Shown here one piece after another: positions 49,101-62,215 of a stretch of DNA of 64,000 nt. Under the pieces are notes generated by a model. It had not been told where the DNA came from and ran no database searches. It saw only the letters and a list, made by a program, of their open reading frames with translations. Position 1 is the first letter of the stretch; every line of letters starts with the position of its first letter. This DNA is from Macrostomum lignano (taxonomy: Eukaryota), in the NCBI GenBank assembly GCA_002269645.1, contig NIVC01001317.1, forward strand, positions 124,001-188,000, in the 5' to 3' direction. Made by a program: the position numbers and the translations under genes.

Positions 49101-52100
49101 CTGATGCAGACACAAGGTCGACGTTCACGAAAAATCCGACATTTTGGCAGAATCGTTGAATATCTCGACGATGCAGAGAGCTGGCGACTTGATTCTAGTT
49201 TGAGAAGGTGTGCAACATATATTTAGCCAGTTTTCTTGAATTTCGAGTGCCTTTCGTGTGTTCCGGCTCAGCAAAAATATTGTCAAGGAGCATGGTAGTT
49301 GGACGGGAAGAAAAATAGCTTGGTATTCCTACTGTTAAAATTACTAAACACCCACTTCCACTTTTCGCACCTTGTTTTCAGGCTGTTGCGAGCAGACTGC
49401 TTTGAAAAATTCTACGAGTGCATGGAGCAGGTGAAGTCGGGCAGTGAGATCCGGAATGAGGACATCAGAGTGTACTGCAACGTGAAGGTTAAATCTGTTA
49501 AGCTAAGCAAGAGTGGCTCTTGCAGCATTGGCGTAACATTTGAGCTGCGAGATTCCGACCACGCGCCTAGTAATTGGGCAAAGTCTATGCGACTAATGAC
49601 TGGTAATCTTCTGTGCCTAGCAACCAGTGAGCGATTTTCTGAGCAGTACTGGGCCACAGTAGCTGACAGGGACAGCCAGGATCTGAACAGTAGCCGGCTA
49701 GTGTGGCTCGACCTGTGCCAGTACATGTGCAGCCCGGACACCTCGGCTGGGGATGTGCTAGTCAGTCTTATGCTAAACTCAACTCGCGCTTCTAACGGTT
49801 TAATTATGCTCGAATCGCCAACTATGTTCCGCGCGTTCGAACCAGTTCTGGAGAGTCTAAAATGCTTTGACGCGGAGAGGTTTCCGTTTGCTGATTCGCT
49901 GGTGTTTGGCGAAATGACGGCGGCCGACGCTCAGCCTTTGTACGTGAAGCGGCACTATGAAGGCGATCCAGACGATGTTGACTACTGCGCTGAAAATTTG
50001 CCGTTCATTTCTACTGGCAGTCTGAAACTGGACGTGTGCCAGACCAGCGCATTTGAAAACGCTTTGCACAGGCGAATCTACGTGTGCCAGGGTCCGCCGG
50101 GCACTGGCAAGACTCTGCTTGGAGTTCTCATAGCCCGTCAGCTGCTTGAGCTCGACGTACTCAAGGATCGGCCGATTCTGGTTCTGTGCTACAAGAATCA
50201 CGCTTTGGACGAATTTCTGTCTCACCTGCTTCCAGAACACCAAGAGGACATCGTCAGAATCGGCGGTAGATGCAAGGATCTTAGGCTGGAGCATTTAAAC
50301 TTGATTGAATTGCGGCGGAAGTACCCGGATCGAGGAAGAGCAAAGTCTCTGCGAACCATCAGCTCTGAGATTGAAGAAGCTTGGGCCAAATTTAAAGACA
50401 GCGTGAAGGAGCTGGACTGCCTCTTCTCTCACCCAGCAGTAGCCATTATGGATGAATGCAACGAGACATACTTGGCTGAACTTGTCAGGTATAGAAATCG
50501 AAAATCGTCTATTAAGCAAATGACGCCAGAAGAGTTGGAGGTTGAAGAGAAATTTAAGCGTGCGTCTAAAGATGAACTGCATGATCTAATCCGCTCTGAC
50601 GCCAAAGTGCTCGCCGCTCTCGCAGCTTGCGTTGACCGTTCAATGCCTGCCATCAAGGATCAGCTGGAGGCTAACCGAAAGAAAGCACAGAAAATTTCTG
50701 TTCATACCAACATTCCAGCAGCCCCATCATGTTCTAACTCTAGTTCTCAGCCAGCAAAAACAGTTGCCAAGGCGTCTTTAGACGATGCCGAGGAGGAAGA
50801 AGTTAAGGAGAGAGAGAACCAGATTCTGGCATCATTGGCGAGCAAAGACTCTCAAACTGAGCGTGGCGGCAAGTCCAATTTAATAGACAGAATCAACCTT
50901 GACAACACCAATGGTTCCCAAATTCTTCATGATCCAGGAATTGAGAATTGTTGCAACTCTGGCGTGATTGCTCAGTTGAGCCGGCGGAATCCAACAAGGC
51001 TGTCGCCAACTGAACAGCTGCTGTACTTTCAACAGGCCCTGTACAAGGCAATCAGCAAAATCCGAAGTGACATTAAAGAGCAGTTCGACACTATTCAGCG
51101 ACTCGAAAGTGAAAAGAGACTGCTTGAAGTAAAAGCGGACGCTTCAATACTTCGGCGCAGGCGCATCATCGGCATGACCATCACGGGCGCCTCAATTCAC
51201 AGAGAGCTGCTCGATCTTGTACAGCCAGGAGTTCTGCTTGTAGAAGAGGCGGCCGAGGTATCCGAGCCGCATCTACTTGCCTGCTTTGGGCACAGAACGG
51301 AGCAACTGATTTTGATCGGGGACCACAAGCAGCTCAGGCCGCAGACTGAGAGCTACAAATTGGCAAAGGATTACCATCTAGACGTGTCGATGATGGAGCG
51401 GCTCATTGCCAATGGCATTAAGTACGACCAACTGGAGCTGCAGAGCCGCATGAAGCCGGAGCTCAGTATTCTACTAAGAGATATATATCCGAACTTGCGC
51501 GACAATCTAGAAGTTGTTTCACGAGATCTCCAGCCTAGGTGCTTCACTGTGCCCACGTTTTTCTGGACGCACCGAGAGCTTGAATCCACCTCCGGTGGCC
51601 ATGGAGCGACTAACATGGAAGAGGCGCAGCGCTGCGTCCGCCTCGCTATGTTTCTCATCCTCCAAGGCTGCGATCCCGATCGAATCACAATATTATCAGC
51701 CTACAGACGCCAAACTAGTCTAATCCGAAACCTTTTAAAAGACTTCTTAGCCAAATCCGACTTCCTGCGTATTCTAATTCAACATCGTTCGAAACGGAAC
51801 TGGGAAGATCTAGAGTTAACTGAATCGCCAACGGAACAATCCAACACTGTCGTCACTGAAGCTGACTTGTCCGTAAAGATTTTCACAATCGATCTGTATC
51901 AAGGTGACGAAAATGACATAGTTATCGTGTCACTAGTTCGCTCGAATCCTTCCAACAACATCGGCTTTCTCAAAACGCTCAATCGACGCTGCGTGGCTCA
52001 ATCCAGAGCCAGGTTGGCCATGGTCTTCATTGGCAATGCTGACTGTATCTACGACAGTCCGAATGGAAAAGTCTGGCGACCTCTAATTGATGCGATGGAG

Positions 52101-54326
52101 AGCTCGAACTGCATCGGATCAAAGATTTCACTGCGCTGCCCTAATCATGCGCAAAGTGTCGTGCAATCAGAGAGCTTCGATCAAATTCCCACTATGTCGC
52201 CATTCTGCTTGGAGGTTTGCGGCATTCAAATGTCTTGCGGCATTCATTCGTGCTTGCTTCCTTGTCAGCCACCGCACGATCAAGAGCACGACAATTGCAA
52301 GGCCGTTGTTCCATTCGTTCATCCGTTGTGCAACCATAATGATACGAAGTTTTGCAGTGAGCCAATCGGTGTGAAAACCTGCAAGACGAAAGTTTCTATG
52401 AAGTTTACCGAGTGTTCACACGAGATATTGAAGGAGTGCGGAATGCCAGATAGTTTTTATAAATGTCACGAAAAATGCGAGAGACTTTTAAACTGCGGTC
52501 ACAAATGTCTTCTGAAGTGCTTCGAGCTCTGCTCCAGTCGTCCGTGTAAGGAAAAAGTTCCGCACCGATTTCCTTGTGGGCACACAATCAATACTCAGTG
52601 TTGCGAAAACAGAGACGTAATGACATGTCAGCAACCGTGCAGCCGAAAGCTGCCATGTAATCATCCCTGCACACTGAAGTGCGGTGAAGATTGCAAGCTT
52701 AAACCGTGCTTTGTCCAAACAACTGTTAAATATCCAAACTGTGAGCATAGCATTAAAGTACCCTGCTGCATGAGCGACCAGCAATTCGTGTGCGATGCCA
52801 AGTGCGAGCGTAAACTTGCTTGCGGTCACAGCTGCCCGGGCACCTGCTCCGCTGACTGCGCGTCTATCGCTTGTCAAGTAAAAATCAAGCTTATACTGCC
52901 GTGCGCTCATCCCGCTGAAATCGAATGCTCTATCCCGGAGAGTCAAGTCAAATGCAAGAAGATTTGCAACAAGCAGCTAGAGGGATGTGGTCACAAATGT
53001 CTGCTGCAGTGCTATCAGCCGTGCAATTCAGAGAAGTGTAAAGTCTGTGCCAGTATTCAATCAGAAATCGAGAAAAAACAGCTACTTGAGCTGCAACAGG
53101 CTATTCGAAGAAACGCTTTTGAAGAGCTGAAAAAAATCAGAGCGATGAAAGACTTACCTTCAAGTGTTAAGACTATAAGCTGCGATGGTGATTACTGCGA
53201 TGAGTACCTTGATGTGCACGATCGAGTTATGAAGTTCATTCAGTCAGAGCACGGATGGCATCCAGCTATTACGAAAATAGAGAAAATCGAAAATTCAAAG
53301 CTAACTCTGCAGTTTCTGGACTTCAAAGCCAAGTGCGCGGCTGATCCACGACGAAGCGAGAAGAAGTTTCATGGTACCTCTGCTAACGCACTGCATAGCA
53401 TTGTAACTGACGGCTTTAAACTGCCTTCCAAGGCTGGAATGTACGGTCCTGGAATTTACTTTGCCACCAATTCGTCTAAGAGCAGCCAGCAGATCTACAC
53501 GAAGGGCTCGAACATGCTACTGCTTTGTGAAGTGCTTATTGGACGAACCTTGAAAGTTACTTCGGCAACACAAATGTACAAGTCGCACGCGGATTTAAAA
53601 AAGATTGGCTACGATTCGCTCTTCGCTCCGCGCAACACCAAATCTACCGGCGGTGTCCTCTTTGATGAATACGTGATCTTTGATCCTCGTCAAGCCGTGC
53701 CTCAATACGTCATTCACTATTCAAACCTTGCAGAACTGCCTGTGATGTCTTTGCCGCCTAGCGCAGAGAATCACGTATTGAAAATCAGGCCAGACAGATA
53801 CAAGACGGACAGCGACAGCTGCAAAGCTCTTCACTTTGCCTCCGTACAGTCGGAGTACTTGCGAATCGACGGCACCATCAAATCGCTGGGCAGCATCACA
53901 GAGGTGTGGGTCAATCGAAATGCCCAGCTCGAGCAAAAGTTCAAAGCAAAGCAGGAAGAATTTCGCAATAAATACAACAGCGATTGCTGGGTGTACGCCT
54001 TTCACGGTACTAACAGGAACAGCGCCGACCAGATCTTCAAGGAGAACTTCCGTCTGGACAAGTGCACCCGCCAGGCCTACGGTAGAGGCATTTATTTCTC
54101 CGAGTTCACGCATATCTCCAAGGATTACGGAGACGCCTTGTTGCTGTGCAGAGTGCTGCCAGGTCGAGAAGTGGATTATCCTCCGCCTCCTAATAAACCG
54201 GCCGAGTACGACTGTGTCCGAGTTAGGGACAGCAGTTCCGACTACTCCAATATGCTGGTGATTTCGAATCCGGACCAAATTTTGCCTGTCTATCGAGTGT
54301 TCACGACTATAAAGTTCACGCAGTAA
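43111..54326 (+). CDS. ZNFX1: ZNFX1-like UPF1-family SF1 helicase with NF-X1 zinc fingers and two C-terminal PARP-like domains; join(43111..43647,43849..44210,49382..54326), 1947 aa (possible 23-codon extension from 43042)
   Basis: IQGPYQSVEDYFETMFR|LLRAD spans the 5.2-kb intron. Helicase motifs QGPPGTGKT, GMTITGA, VEEAAEV, LIGDHKQLRP, QSRMKPE, YQGDENDIVIVSLVRSN and NRRCVAQSRAR. Repeated C-x3-L-x-CGH-x-C fingers. Two HGT..GIYF PARP signatures. Confidence 0.9.
45035..48721. mobile_element. CMC/EnSpm-like TIR element (3.7 kb) nested in the intron
   Basis: 31-bp TIR CCCTATGAAAAATTGGCCCGAATTTTC(A/G)CCC with one mismatch, AC flanking both ends (2-bp TSD), and subterminal gcgggtg/cccga repeats. 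Confidence 0.75.
46131..46636 (-). CDS. Nested antisense two-exon ORF of unknown function; complement(join(46131..46276,46361..46636) plus G46360), 5' end uncertain
   Basis: Donor GT at 46359 and acceptor cttctactccag at 46277 join in phase 1 and read in frame to TAA at 46131-46133. GC-richer than its flanks. Confidence 0.4.
48876..49125. mobile_element. ~250-bp MITE
   Basis: cgtcgacagcatgtgtctgcatcagctctgacttcgttgg is the imperfect inverse of ccaactaagtcagctgatgcagacacaaggtcgacg. Confidence 0.6.
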
Positions 54327-55544
54327 CGGCTGTATTGTATTCGAGTTAAGGCGAGTTTTAAATAACAACAATTAAGTCAGTTTTTTTTTTAATTTGATCA
54401 TTACCAGACATTACCAGACCAGACAGAGAGCTGAAAAACTTAAGTAGTACAGAAAACTGAAATTGCGTCATTCCATTTTAGAACACCATATTTAACATTT
54501 CCATTTAGACAGGAAGGAGAAGTAAGGAATTGGGGCAAAGCTCAAATCTAAACTATACAAGCATAATACTTACTATATTACTATTTCGACAACGTAGTCA
54601 TAACACTTTTCTTTATGTACTTCTTTTTATTGAAAGCAGTCAAAATATGTACAATGGAGCAGAAATTTCTTAAAACTTATCTAATAAACAGGCCAAAAAG
54701 AGATAGGCTGAAATAAAATCAAAGAGCGAAGGCTGAAGTTGACCTAAAGTGCCAAATTGAATATTCGGTGACTGCTTGAGATTTTCACACATTAAGGTTG
54801 TCTCTTGTGTTGCGCATTAGGAAACGATACGAAAAGAACTCGACACTATAGGAGGCTTCACCGAAAAAAACACTCTTAGAGAACGCAAAGCACTGAATGG
54901 GTTTGGCCATAGACAAATTGAGACATTGACATTTGTCTCAATTTGTAGTACGAGTAACTACTCTTTAAGGACTGGTTTGCATTGGCTTGCAGTTAGTAGT
55001 ATATATCGAGAATTCGGGAGTAAAAAACGATAGTCTTGTCATTAATTTCAATTTTTGTTACTGAAAGTAGTATGGCCCGTTTTAAACATTTATTTTTTTT
55101 AAACAACAATTTTCATTCAGTTTTGGTTCGACCTTATATTTTCAATTTTCATAGTTTTGTTCTAAAAAGTGTTTTCTACGAGTATTTTACTGTGTCTATT
55201 CTTTAACCTCAACGTTTGCCATTTTTACAATTTATAGAAATGGAAGCTTCTTTAAATTATTCATCATATTTTGGTGTGTTTGATGCAAGCAAAAAATTTA
55301 GTTATAACAGTTTACTGTCAGTCTCGAAACTTCATTCTTTTTACAGTACTCGTAATTTTTTCTATCTTCTAAAGCCTAAAGTTTAAAATGATGTGAAAAT
55401 GAAAATAAAACAACGAAAAAAGCTAAATCACTTCACAAGCAATTCAATTCTAACACGTTTTTCTATTAAATTTAGCTATCAGTCTTTGCCTTTCAGTTCA
55501 TTTCATATGAGATATTCCATGTTAAACCTTTGTCACATGCTTGG

Positions 55545-55815
55545 CAGCTGAGTGATTCCCCATGACCATTGGCATCTGAGTGATTCCCCATGACCATTGG
55601 CAGTTGAGTGATTCCCCATGACCATTGGCATCTGAGTGATTCCCCATGACCATTGGCATCTGAGTGATTCCCCATGACCATTGGCAGTTGAGTGATTCCC
55701 CATGACCATTGGCATCTGAGTGATTCCCCATGACCATTGGCATCTGAGTGATTCCCCATGACCATTGGCATCTGAGTGATTCATACCCATAAGCCTTGGC
55801 ATCTGAGTGATTCCC
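55545..55815. repeat. 28-bp minisatellite (ctgagtgattccccatgaccattggcat), ~9-10 copies
   Basis: catgacc recurs at 55561, 55589 and 55617. Confidence 0.95.
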
Positions 55816-56369
55816 TGTCAGCTTAGAAGTTCTTAACAAAATAAGGTACAGCCTATTAGGAATTCCAAGAAAAACAAAGTTAGCCTCATTTAATTGACAG
55901 TTTTAGTGACAATTTTTTCTTAAATCGACCACACACATACCTACCGACAGACCATTTTTAGTGTATGGATATGTCGTCAAATTTATTGGCATTCCCCGTG
56001 CGGCCGTTTTAGTAAAGATCTCTGGGAAATTGACGACCTCAGCTGACCTTTTTATCTTAAAAGCAGTTTGTAAGGCGTACAGTGTTATGTAGTACGGTAC
56101 TAATCTCTTGCTATAGCGCAGCTAGCACCAGAGTAAGTTACCAAATACTTTAATCTTCCTCCCTCTGGGATCTTAAGTGGCAACAAAACCAAATTCGGTA
56201 TCATACCACTCGGGTTAATATTATCCCTACTCCACTAGCATCACTGGCTGGGCATGCAGGGTGTCGGTAAAAAACGTCGGAGACCCGAGCTGGCCGCGAC
56301 GCCATAAAACACTGAATTTTTACGGCGGGGTTGCCATTTTTTGAGCTTTGGATTTTACTTTGTTACTAA

Positions 56370-57948
56370 CAAGGATGGGGAACTAAACACAGATGGGGAA
56401 CTAATCAAGGATGGGGAACTAATCAAGGATGGGGAACTAAGGGTGGAGAACTAATCAAGGGTGGGGAACTAAACACAGATGGGGAACTAATCAAGGGTGG
56501 GGAGCTAATCAAGGGTGGGGAACTAATCAAGGATGGGGAACTAATCAAGGATGGGGAACTAATCAAGGGTGGGGAACTAAACACAGATGGGGAACTAATC
56601 AAGGGTGGGGAGCTAATCAAGGGTGGGGAACTAATCAAGGATGGGGAACTAATCAAGGATGGGGAACTAATCAAGGGTGGGGAACTAATCAAGGGTGGGG
56701 AACTAATCAAGGGTGGGGAACTAATCAAGGATGGGGAGCTAATCAAGGATGGGGAACTAAACACAGATGGGGAACTAATCAAGGATGGGGAACTAATCAA
56801 GGGTGGGGAACTAAACACAGATGGGGAACTAATCAAGGGTGGGGAACTAAACACAGATGGGGAACTAATCAAGGGTGGGGAGCTAATCAAGGGTGGGGAA
56901 CTAATCAAGGGTGGGGAACTAAACACAGATGGGGAACTAATCAAGGATGGGGAGCTAATCAAGGGTGGGGAACTAATCAAGGGTGGGGAACTAATCAAGG
57001 GTGGGGAACTAATCAAGGATGGGGAACTAAACACAGATGGGGAACTAATCAAGGATGGGGAGCTAATCAAGGATGGGGAACTAATCAAGGATGGGGAACT
57101 AATCAAGGATGGGGAACTAAACACAGATGGGGAACTAATCAAGGATGGGGAGCTAATCAAGGGTGGGGAACTAAACACAGGTGGGGAGCTAATCAAGGAT
57201 GGGGAACTAAACACAGGTGGGGAGCTAATCAAGGATGGGGAACTAATCAAGGATGGGGAACTAATCAAGGGTGGGGAACTAATCAAGGGTGGGGAGCTAA
57301 TCAAGGATGGGGAACTAATCAAGGATGGGGAACTAATCAAGGATGGGGAACTAAACACAGATGGGGAACTAATCAAGGATGGGGAGCTAATCAAGGGTGG
57401 GGAACTAAACACAGGTGGGGAGCTAATCAAGGATGGGGAACTAAACACAGGTGGGGAGCTAATCAAGGATGGGGAACTAATCAAGGATGGGGAACTAATC
57501 AAGGGTGGGGAACTAATCAAGGGTGGGGAGCTAATCAAGGGTGGGGAACTAATCAAGGGTGGGGAACTAAACACAGATGGGGAACTAATCAAGGGTGGGG
57601 AACTAATCAAGGGTGGGGAACTAATCAAGGGTGGGGAACTAATCAAGGGTGGGGAACTAATCAAGGGTGGGGAACTAATCAAGGGTGGGGAACTAATCAA
57701 GGGTGGGGAACTAATCAAGGGTGGGGAACTAATCAAGGGTGGGGAACTAATCAAGGGTGGGGAACTAATCAAGGGTGAGGAACTAATCAAGAGTGGGGAA
57801 CTAATCAAGGGTGAGGAACTAATCAAGAGTGGGGAACTAATCAAGGGTGGGGAACTAATCAAGGGTGGGGAACTAATCAAGGGTGGGGAACTAATCAAGG
57901 GTGGGGAACTAATCAAGGGTGGGGAACTAATCAAGGGTGGGGAACTAT
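56370..57948. repeat. 18-bp G-rich minisatellite (aactaatcaagggtgggg; variant aactaaacacagatgggg), ~88 copies
   Basis: Tandem units read directly. Confidence 0.95.
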
Positions 57949-59544
57949 CAATTATAGAAAATTTAGAACTTCACAGGACTGCAAGCATAGCAGCCTGTTC
58001 GCATACATAACATACTACTCGTATAAAAACTCTCATCTAACTGCTGTCAAATCCAATTCAGCTTGCAACTTCTTGTACCCTAAAGTACCCCGGGCTTTGA
58101 AATCTGTCTTGTGTGGAGCCGCTTACTGCCTTGCAGATCTGCGGTGAAAAGCATGCAGCAGCCTTATGGAATTTGAACAACGGCAGCAGCTGATGCCCAG
58201 TTGCGTGGAATTCTTTAAGAGAGGATTCAGATTTGGGAAGATTATCCCACATTAGCCGTGCGGGGCGCCGGCCTCCGACCTTTCCCCCTTTCTCTAATCC
58301 CCTCTCTCAGATCCCTTATACCTGAATTCCTGCGCAGTGTTAATTGATGTAAGAATTCTAGACACACGCAGCAGAGAAGCAACAGATACTTTTTTGACCA
58401 TCAAGTCATTGCTGAGGATCTCGTAGCGTCTTAGTCACCGCCAAGATTGTCTGCGCAGAGCCCCCCCCCCGCTGATGCTTTGTTACCAGGTGGGACCTTG
58501 TCATCGCTTTTGTAGCGCGGAATTTCTGCACAATAGATAAGAATTGGCGTCCACGGGGCTGAAGCCGATGCGGCAACTGATAATTGCCGGTCAGATAATC
58601 TCGATATCTGTATCCCGCCTGGACTCTCCTCTCCTGTTCTCTAATTGTATTTTTCCTCTCTCACTGATTGCCCCATCATCCCCATGAAAGTCAGGCGGTC
58701 CTGACAGAGACTAATTGGCAAACAGATCCGGTTCCATCAGGCAGAAGTTGGCGCCCAACCTTTATAGATCGGCACCCAGTCTTTGTAGATCGGCGCCAAA
58801 TCCAGGTAGATCGGCGCCCAGTTTAATTAAATCAAATCGGAGCATTTTTCAAATCAAATTGGCGTCATTCTTCAAATCAAATTGGCGCCATTCTTTAAAT
58901 TAAATCGGCGCCATTTTTAAATCCATTTAAAATTTAAAGAAGAGTTAAAGATGTAAACTTTGATTTATAAAATCGAGTCAATAAAATAGCCGAAGTTATC
59001 TGCCGGACCAGCCTGAACTCATTATTTAACTTCTCCTTCTATGCATCAAGTACACGTACGCCCTTAGTTTGGCAACATTGCTTGGATATATGAGCTCAAA
59101 GGCGAGTAAAGTGAGTAAGGTAGCCAGCCCCCCCCCCCAGTGTTTGCACTCCCGGCTGTCATGCTTGTCCAACAGAGGCCTCAGAAACGAAACACTGCAC
59201 GCAACAACTGCGGTTCAACGCTGCTGCCAAGCAGTCGGTCTGCTTGGACTGCAACCCCCCCCCCCCAGAGCCAACAGCCATTGTTTGCCGAGCAAGGAGC
59301 GGGCGGAGGGGTGGGCAGGAAGGAACCAGTGCGAGCAACTCCCGGGCTAAGGGCATTCCTGTATCAGCCACACTATTTTATCCAACTGGGAGTGAAAAAA
59401 ACTTTATTTTAATCAAATTGAAACTGCTCTCGGCTATTGTAGGCAGCTTGCTTCGAGGTGTTGCAGCCTCAGGGTTGTCAGAGTCGTGTCATTTGCAATG
59501 CTCTCGGCCTGTGAGCTTGCCTGCTCAAGTATAGGAGCGTCTCT

Positions 59545-59760
59545 TCTCTCCTCTCACCCCTGCTCTGACACATCCGGTATCTCCCTCTCACCCCTGCTCT
59601 GACACATCCACTCTTTATCTTCTCACCCCTGCTTTGACACATCTACTCACCCCTGCTCTGACACATCCACTCTTTATCTTCTCACCCCTGCTTTGACACA
59701 TCTACTCACCCTTGCTCTGACACATCCACCCTCTCTCACCCCTGCTGACACATCCACTCT
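59545..59760. repeat. Short diverged repeat (ctctcacccctgctctgacacatcc...)
   Basis: About 6 variable units. Confidence 0.75.
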
Positions 59761-61299
59761 CTCCCCTCTACCCTCTTATCTCTCCTTCTTCCCTTCTTCA
59801 AATATGCGATCCATTGTCCACATCCGTAAGGTAACTAAACCGTTGCTACACATTCAACAGGGTCACCAAGTTCAACTACTATTGATCCCAACTGAATCTG
59901 CAGAAGATTCATTCTAGAGAATTCCTATTAGATAAAGCTGAGATCCTGCTTCAGACAATCTGGGGATGAAGTTGAGGACTCGCTGTGAGCAGGGACAGGG
60001 GGCGGAGACATGCGAAGGAGCTTCACATTCTGGAATCCCGAACATCCACCCAACCCAGAAAATAGGCTGTCGAAATTGTCTGGGAATAGGCGGGGATTAG
60101 CGCTGGCAGGAAACATCTGCCGACGACCGACAGTTGAACTGAAGTGACTCCCAGCCTCTTGGGGCCCCGGCGCTGGAGGTGGCAGGCAGCTCGTCACCCG
60201 GCCGAGCAATCCTCATCTGCGTGATGATAGATTTTTCCAAATTCCATTGGGTTGGGAGCGATTCTGTCCGGCTGGGAGTCTGCGGTGATGGCATTCTTGG
60301 GGAAGTAAGGCTGAGATGAGAGATGGGATTCAGTGATGAGAATTGAGAGATGGGAATCAAGGGTGAGAGGAGAGGAGGTAAGATTAGGCGGAGAGAGATG
60401 AGATGACATTCAGGGGATCAGGGGAGAGAAAAGATGAGATGAGATTTTTGGGGAGAGAGAAGATGAGATGAGATTTAGGGGGAGAGGAGATGAGATGAAA
60501 TTCAGGGGGAGAGGAGAGGACACAAGAGATTCAGGGGTGGGAGAAGATCAGATTCATGGAGAGAGAGAGACAGACAGACAGAAATGAGATTCACCATCAG
60601 GAGATGGGAAAAGATGAGCTTCAGGAAGAATCTAAGAGGAGAGAATATGCGATAAACTGAAATTGACGTTGCAATACGAGACGCGAAGTACTCGTACAAA
60701 GAACTGATGCGGGAAGGAATTAAGACAGAGAAGAATTAAAAATAAATCAAACTTCCCTCCCACTTAGGCGCAGATTTACTCAGCCAATGCCGGTGAGCAG
60801 TTTTTCTTAGATTTTTGCCGCAATTCAGAAGCTCTGCCTAATTGAGCCGCTAGCTGGGAAGATATCCCATACCCTCCACCCTCCCCCCTATTTTCCACTT
60901 CCACGCCCGGGCTGCCATGACCGGAGGGTATTCGAGACCTCCTCAAATCGCGACTCGGGCAGATCGCCATCTCCTTTCCGCGCCCAGCCTCTCCGGATAG
61001 GGGGGGGGGGTAAAAATTGAGGACTTTGAGATGATGGAGTGCCCCGCGGGGGGGGCTGAATTGGTGGGCGGGACGGGCCAGCCTCCGGCTGCTGAAGTGT
61101 TTGAACTTTCTTCTCTCATTCTTTCTCGATTTCTCTCTGTGACGCGCCGGCTTCCGCGGTTGGGACAGGGGGGGGGGGGGACAGGGGTACTTTTCTGGTG
61201 AGGGCACCGCCGGCAACCGCTGTCTGCTGGCTCTCTTGGCCTCTGCTGCATCTCTAAATCCTCCTCTCCTTCTCCATCTCCTCTCTCTCTCTTTCTCAA

Positions 61300-62215
61300 T
61301 CTTCTCTTACCCTTATCAATCGCTATCTCCCTCTTCCCTTCCATCTCCCTCTCAACTTCAATCTCCCTCTCTCCCTCCATCTCCCTTTCACCCTCCACCT
61401 CCCTCTCACCCTCCATCTCCCTCTCACCTTCCATCTCCCTCTCACCCTCCAATCTCCCTCTCACCCTCCATCTCCCTCTCACCCTCCAATCTCCCTCTCA
61501 CCCTCCATCTCCCTCTCACCCTCCATTTCCCTCTCACCCTCCATCTCCCTCTCACCCTCCATCTCCCTCTCACCCTCCCTCTCACCCTCCATCTCCCTCT
61601 CACCCTCCCTCTCACCCTCCATCTCCCTCTCACCCTCCATCTCCCTCTCACCCTCCATCTCCCTCTCACCCTCCATCTCCCTCTCACCCTCCATCTCCCT
61701 CTCACCCTCCCTCTCACCCTCCATCTCCCTCTCACCCTCCATCTCCCTCTCACCCTCCATCTCCCTCTCACCCTCCATCTCCCTCTCACCCTCCATCTCC
61801 CTCTCACCCTCCATCTCCCTCTCACCCTCCATCTCCCTCTCACCCTCCATCTCCCTCTCACACTCCATCTCCCTCTCACCCTCCATCTCCCTCTCACCTT
61901 CCATCTCCCTCTCACCCTCCATCTCCCTCTCACCCTCCATCTCCCTCTCACCCTCCATCTCCCTCTCACCCTCCATCTCCCTCTCACACTCCATCTCCCT
62001 CTCACCCTCCATCTCCCTCTCACCTTCCATCTCCCTCTCACCCTCCATCTCCCTCTCACCCTCCATCTCCCTCTCACCCTCCATCTCCCTCTCACCCTCC
62101 ATCTCCCTCTCACCCTCCATCTCCCTCTCACCTTCCATCTCTCTCTCACCCTCCATCTCCCTCTCACCCTCCATCTCCCTCTCACCCTCCATCTCCCTCT
62201 CACCCTCCATATCCT
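61300..62215. repeat. 18-bp pyrimidine-rich minisatellite (ctccatctccctctcacc)
   Basis: About 48 tandem units, essentially G-free on the + strand. Confidence 0.95.

Larger units (their letters stand above)
44561..49228. mobile_element. Outer inverted-repeat-bounded element in ZNFX1 intron 2
   Basis: 44561-44653 is the inverse of 49131-49228, and ~44810-44940 is the inverse of ~48768-48850. No clear TSD. Confidence 0.65.

Noticed and set aside
56423-57934. 503-aa SSPPLI ORF resembling an extensin or mucin
   Set aside because: Pure 18-bp repeat with no signal peptide, unique domain or credible start.
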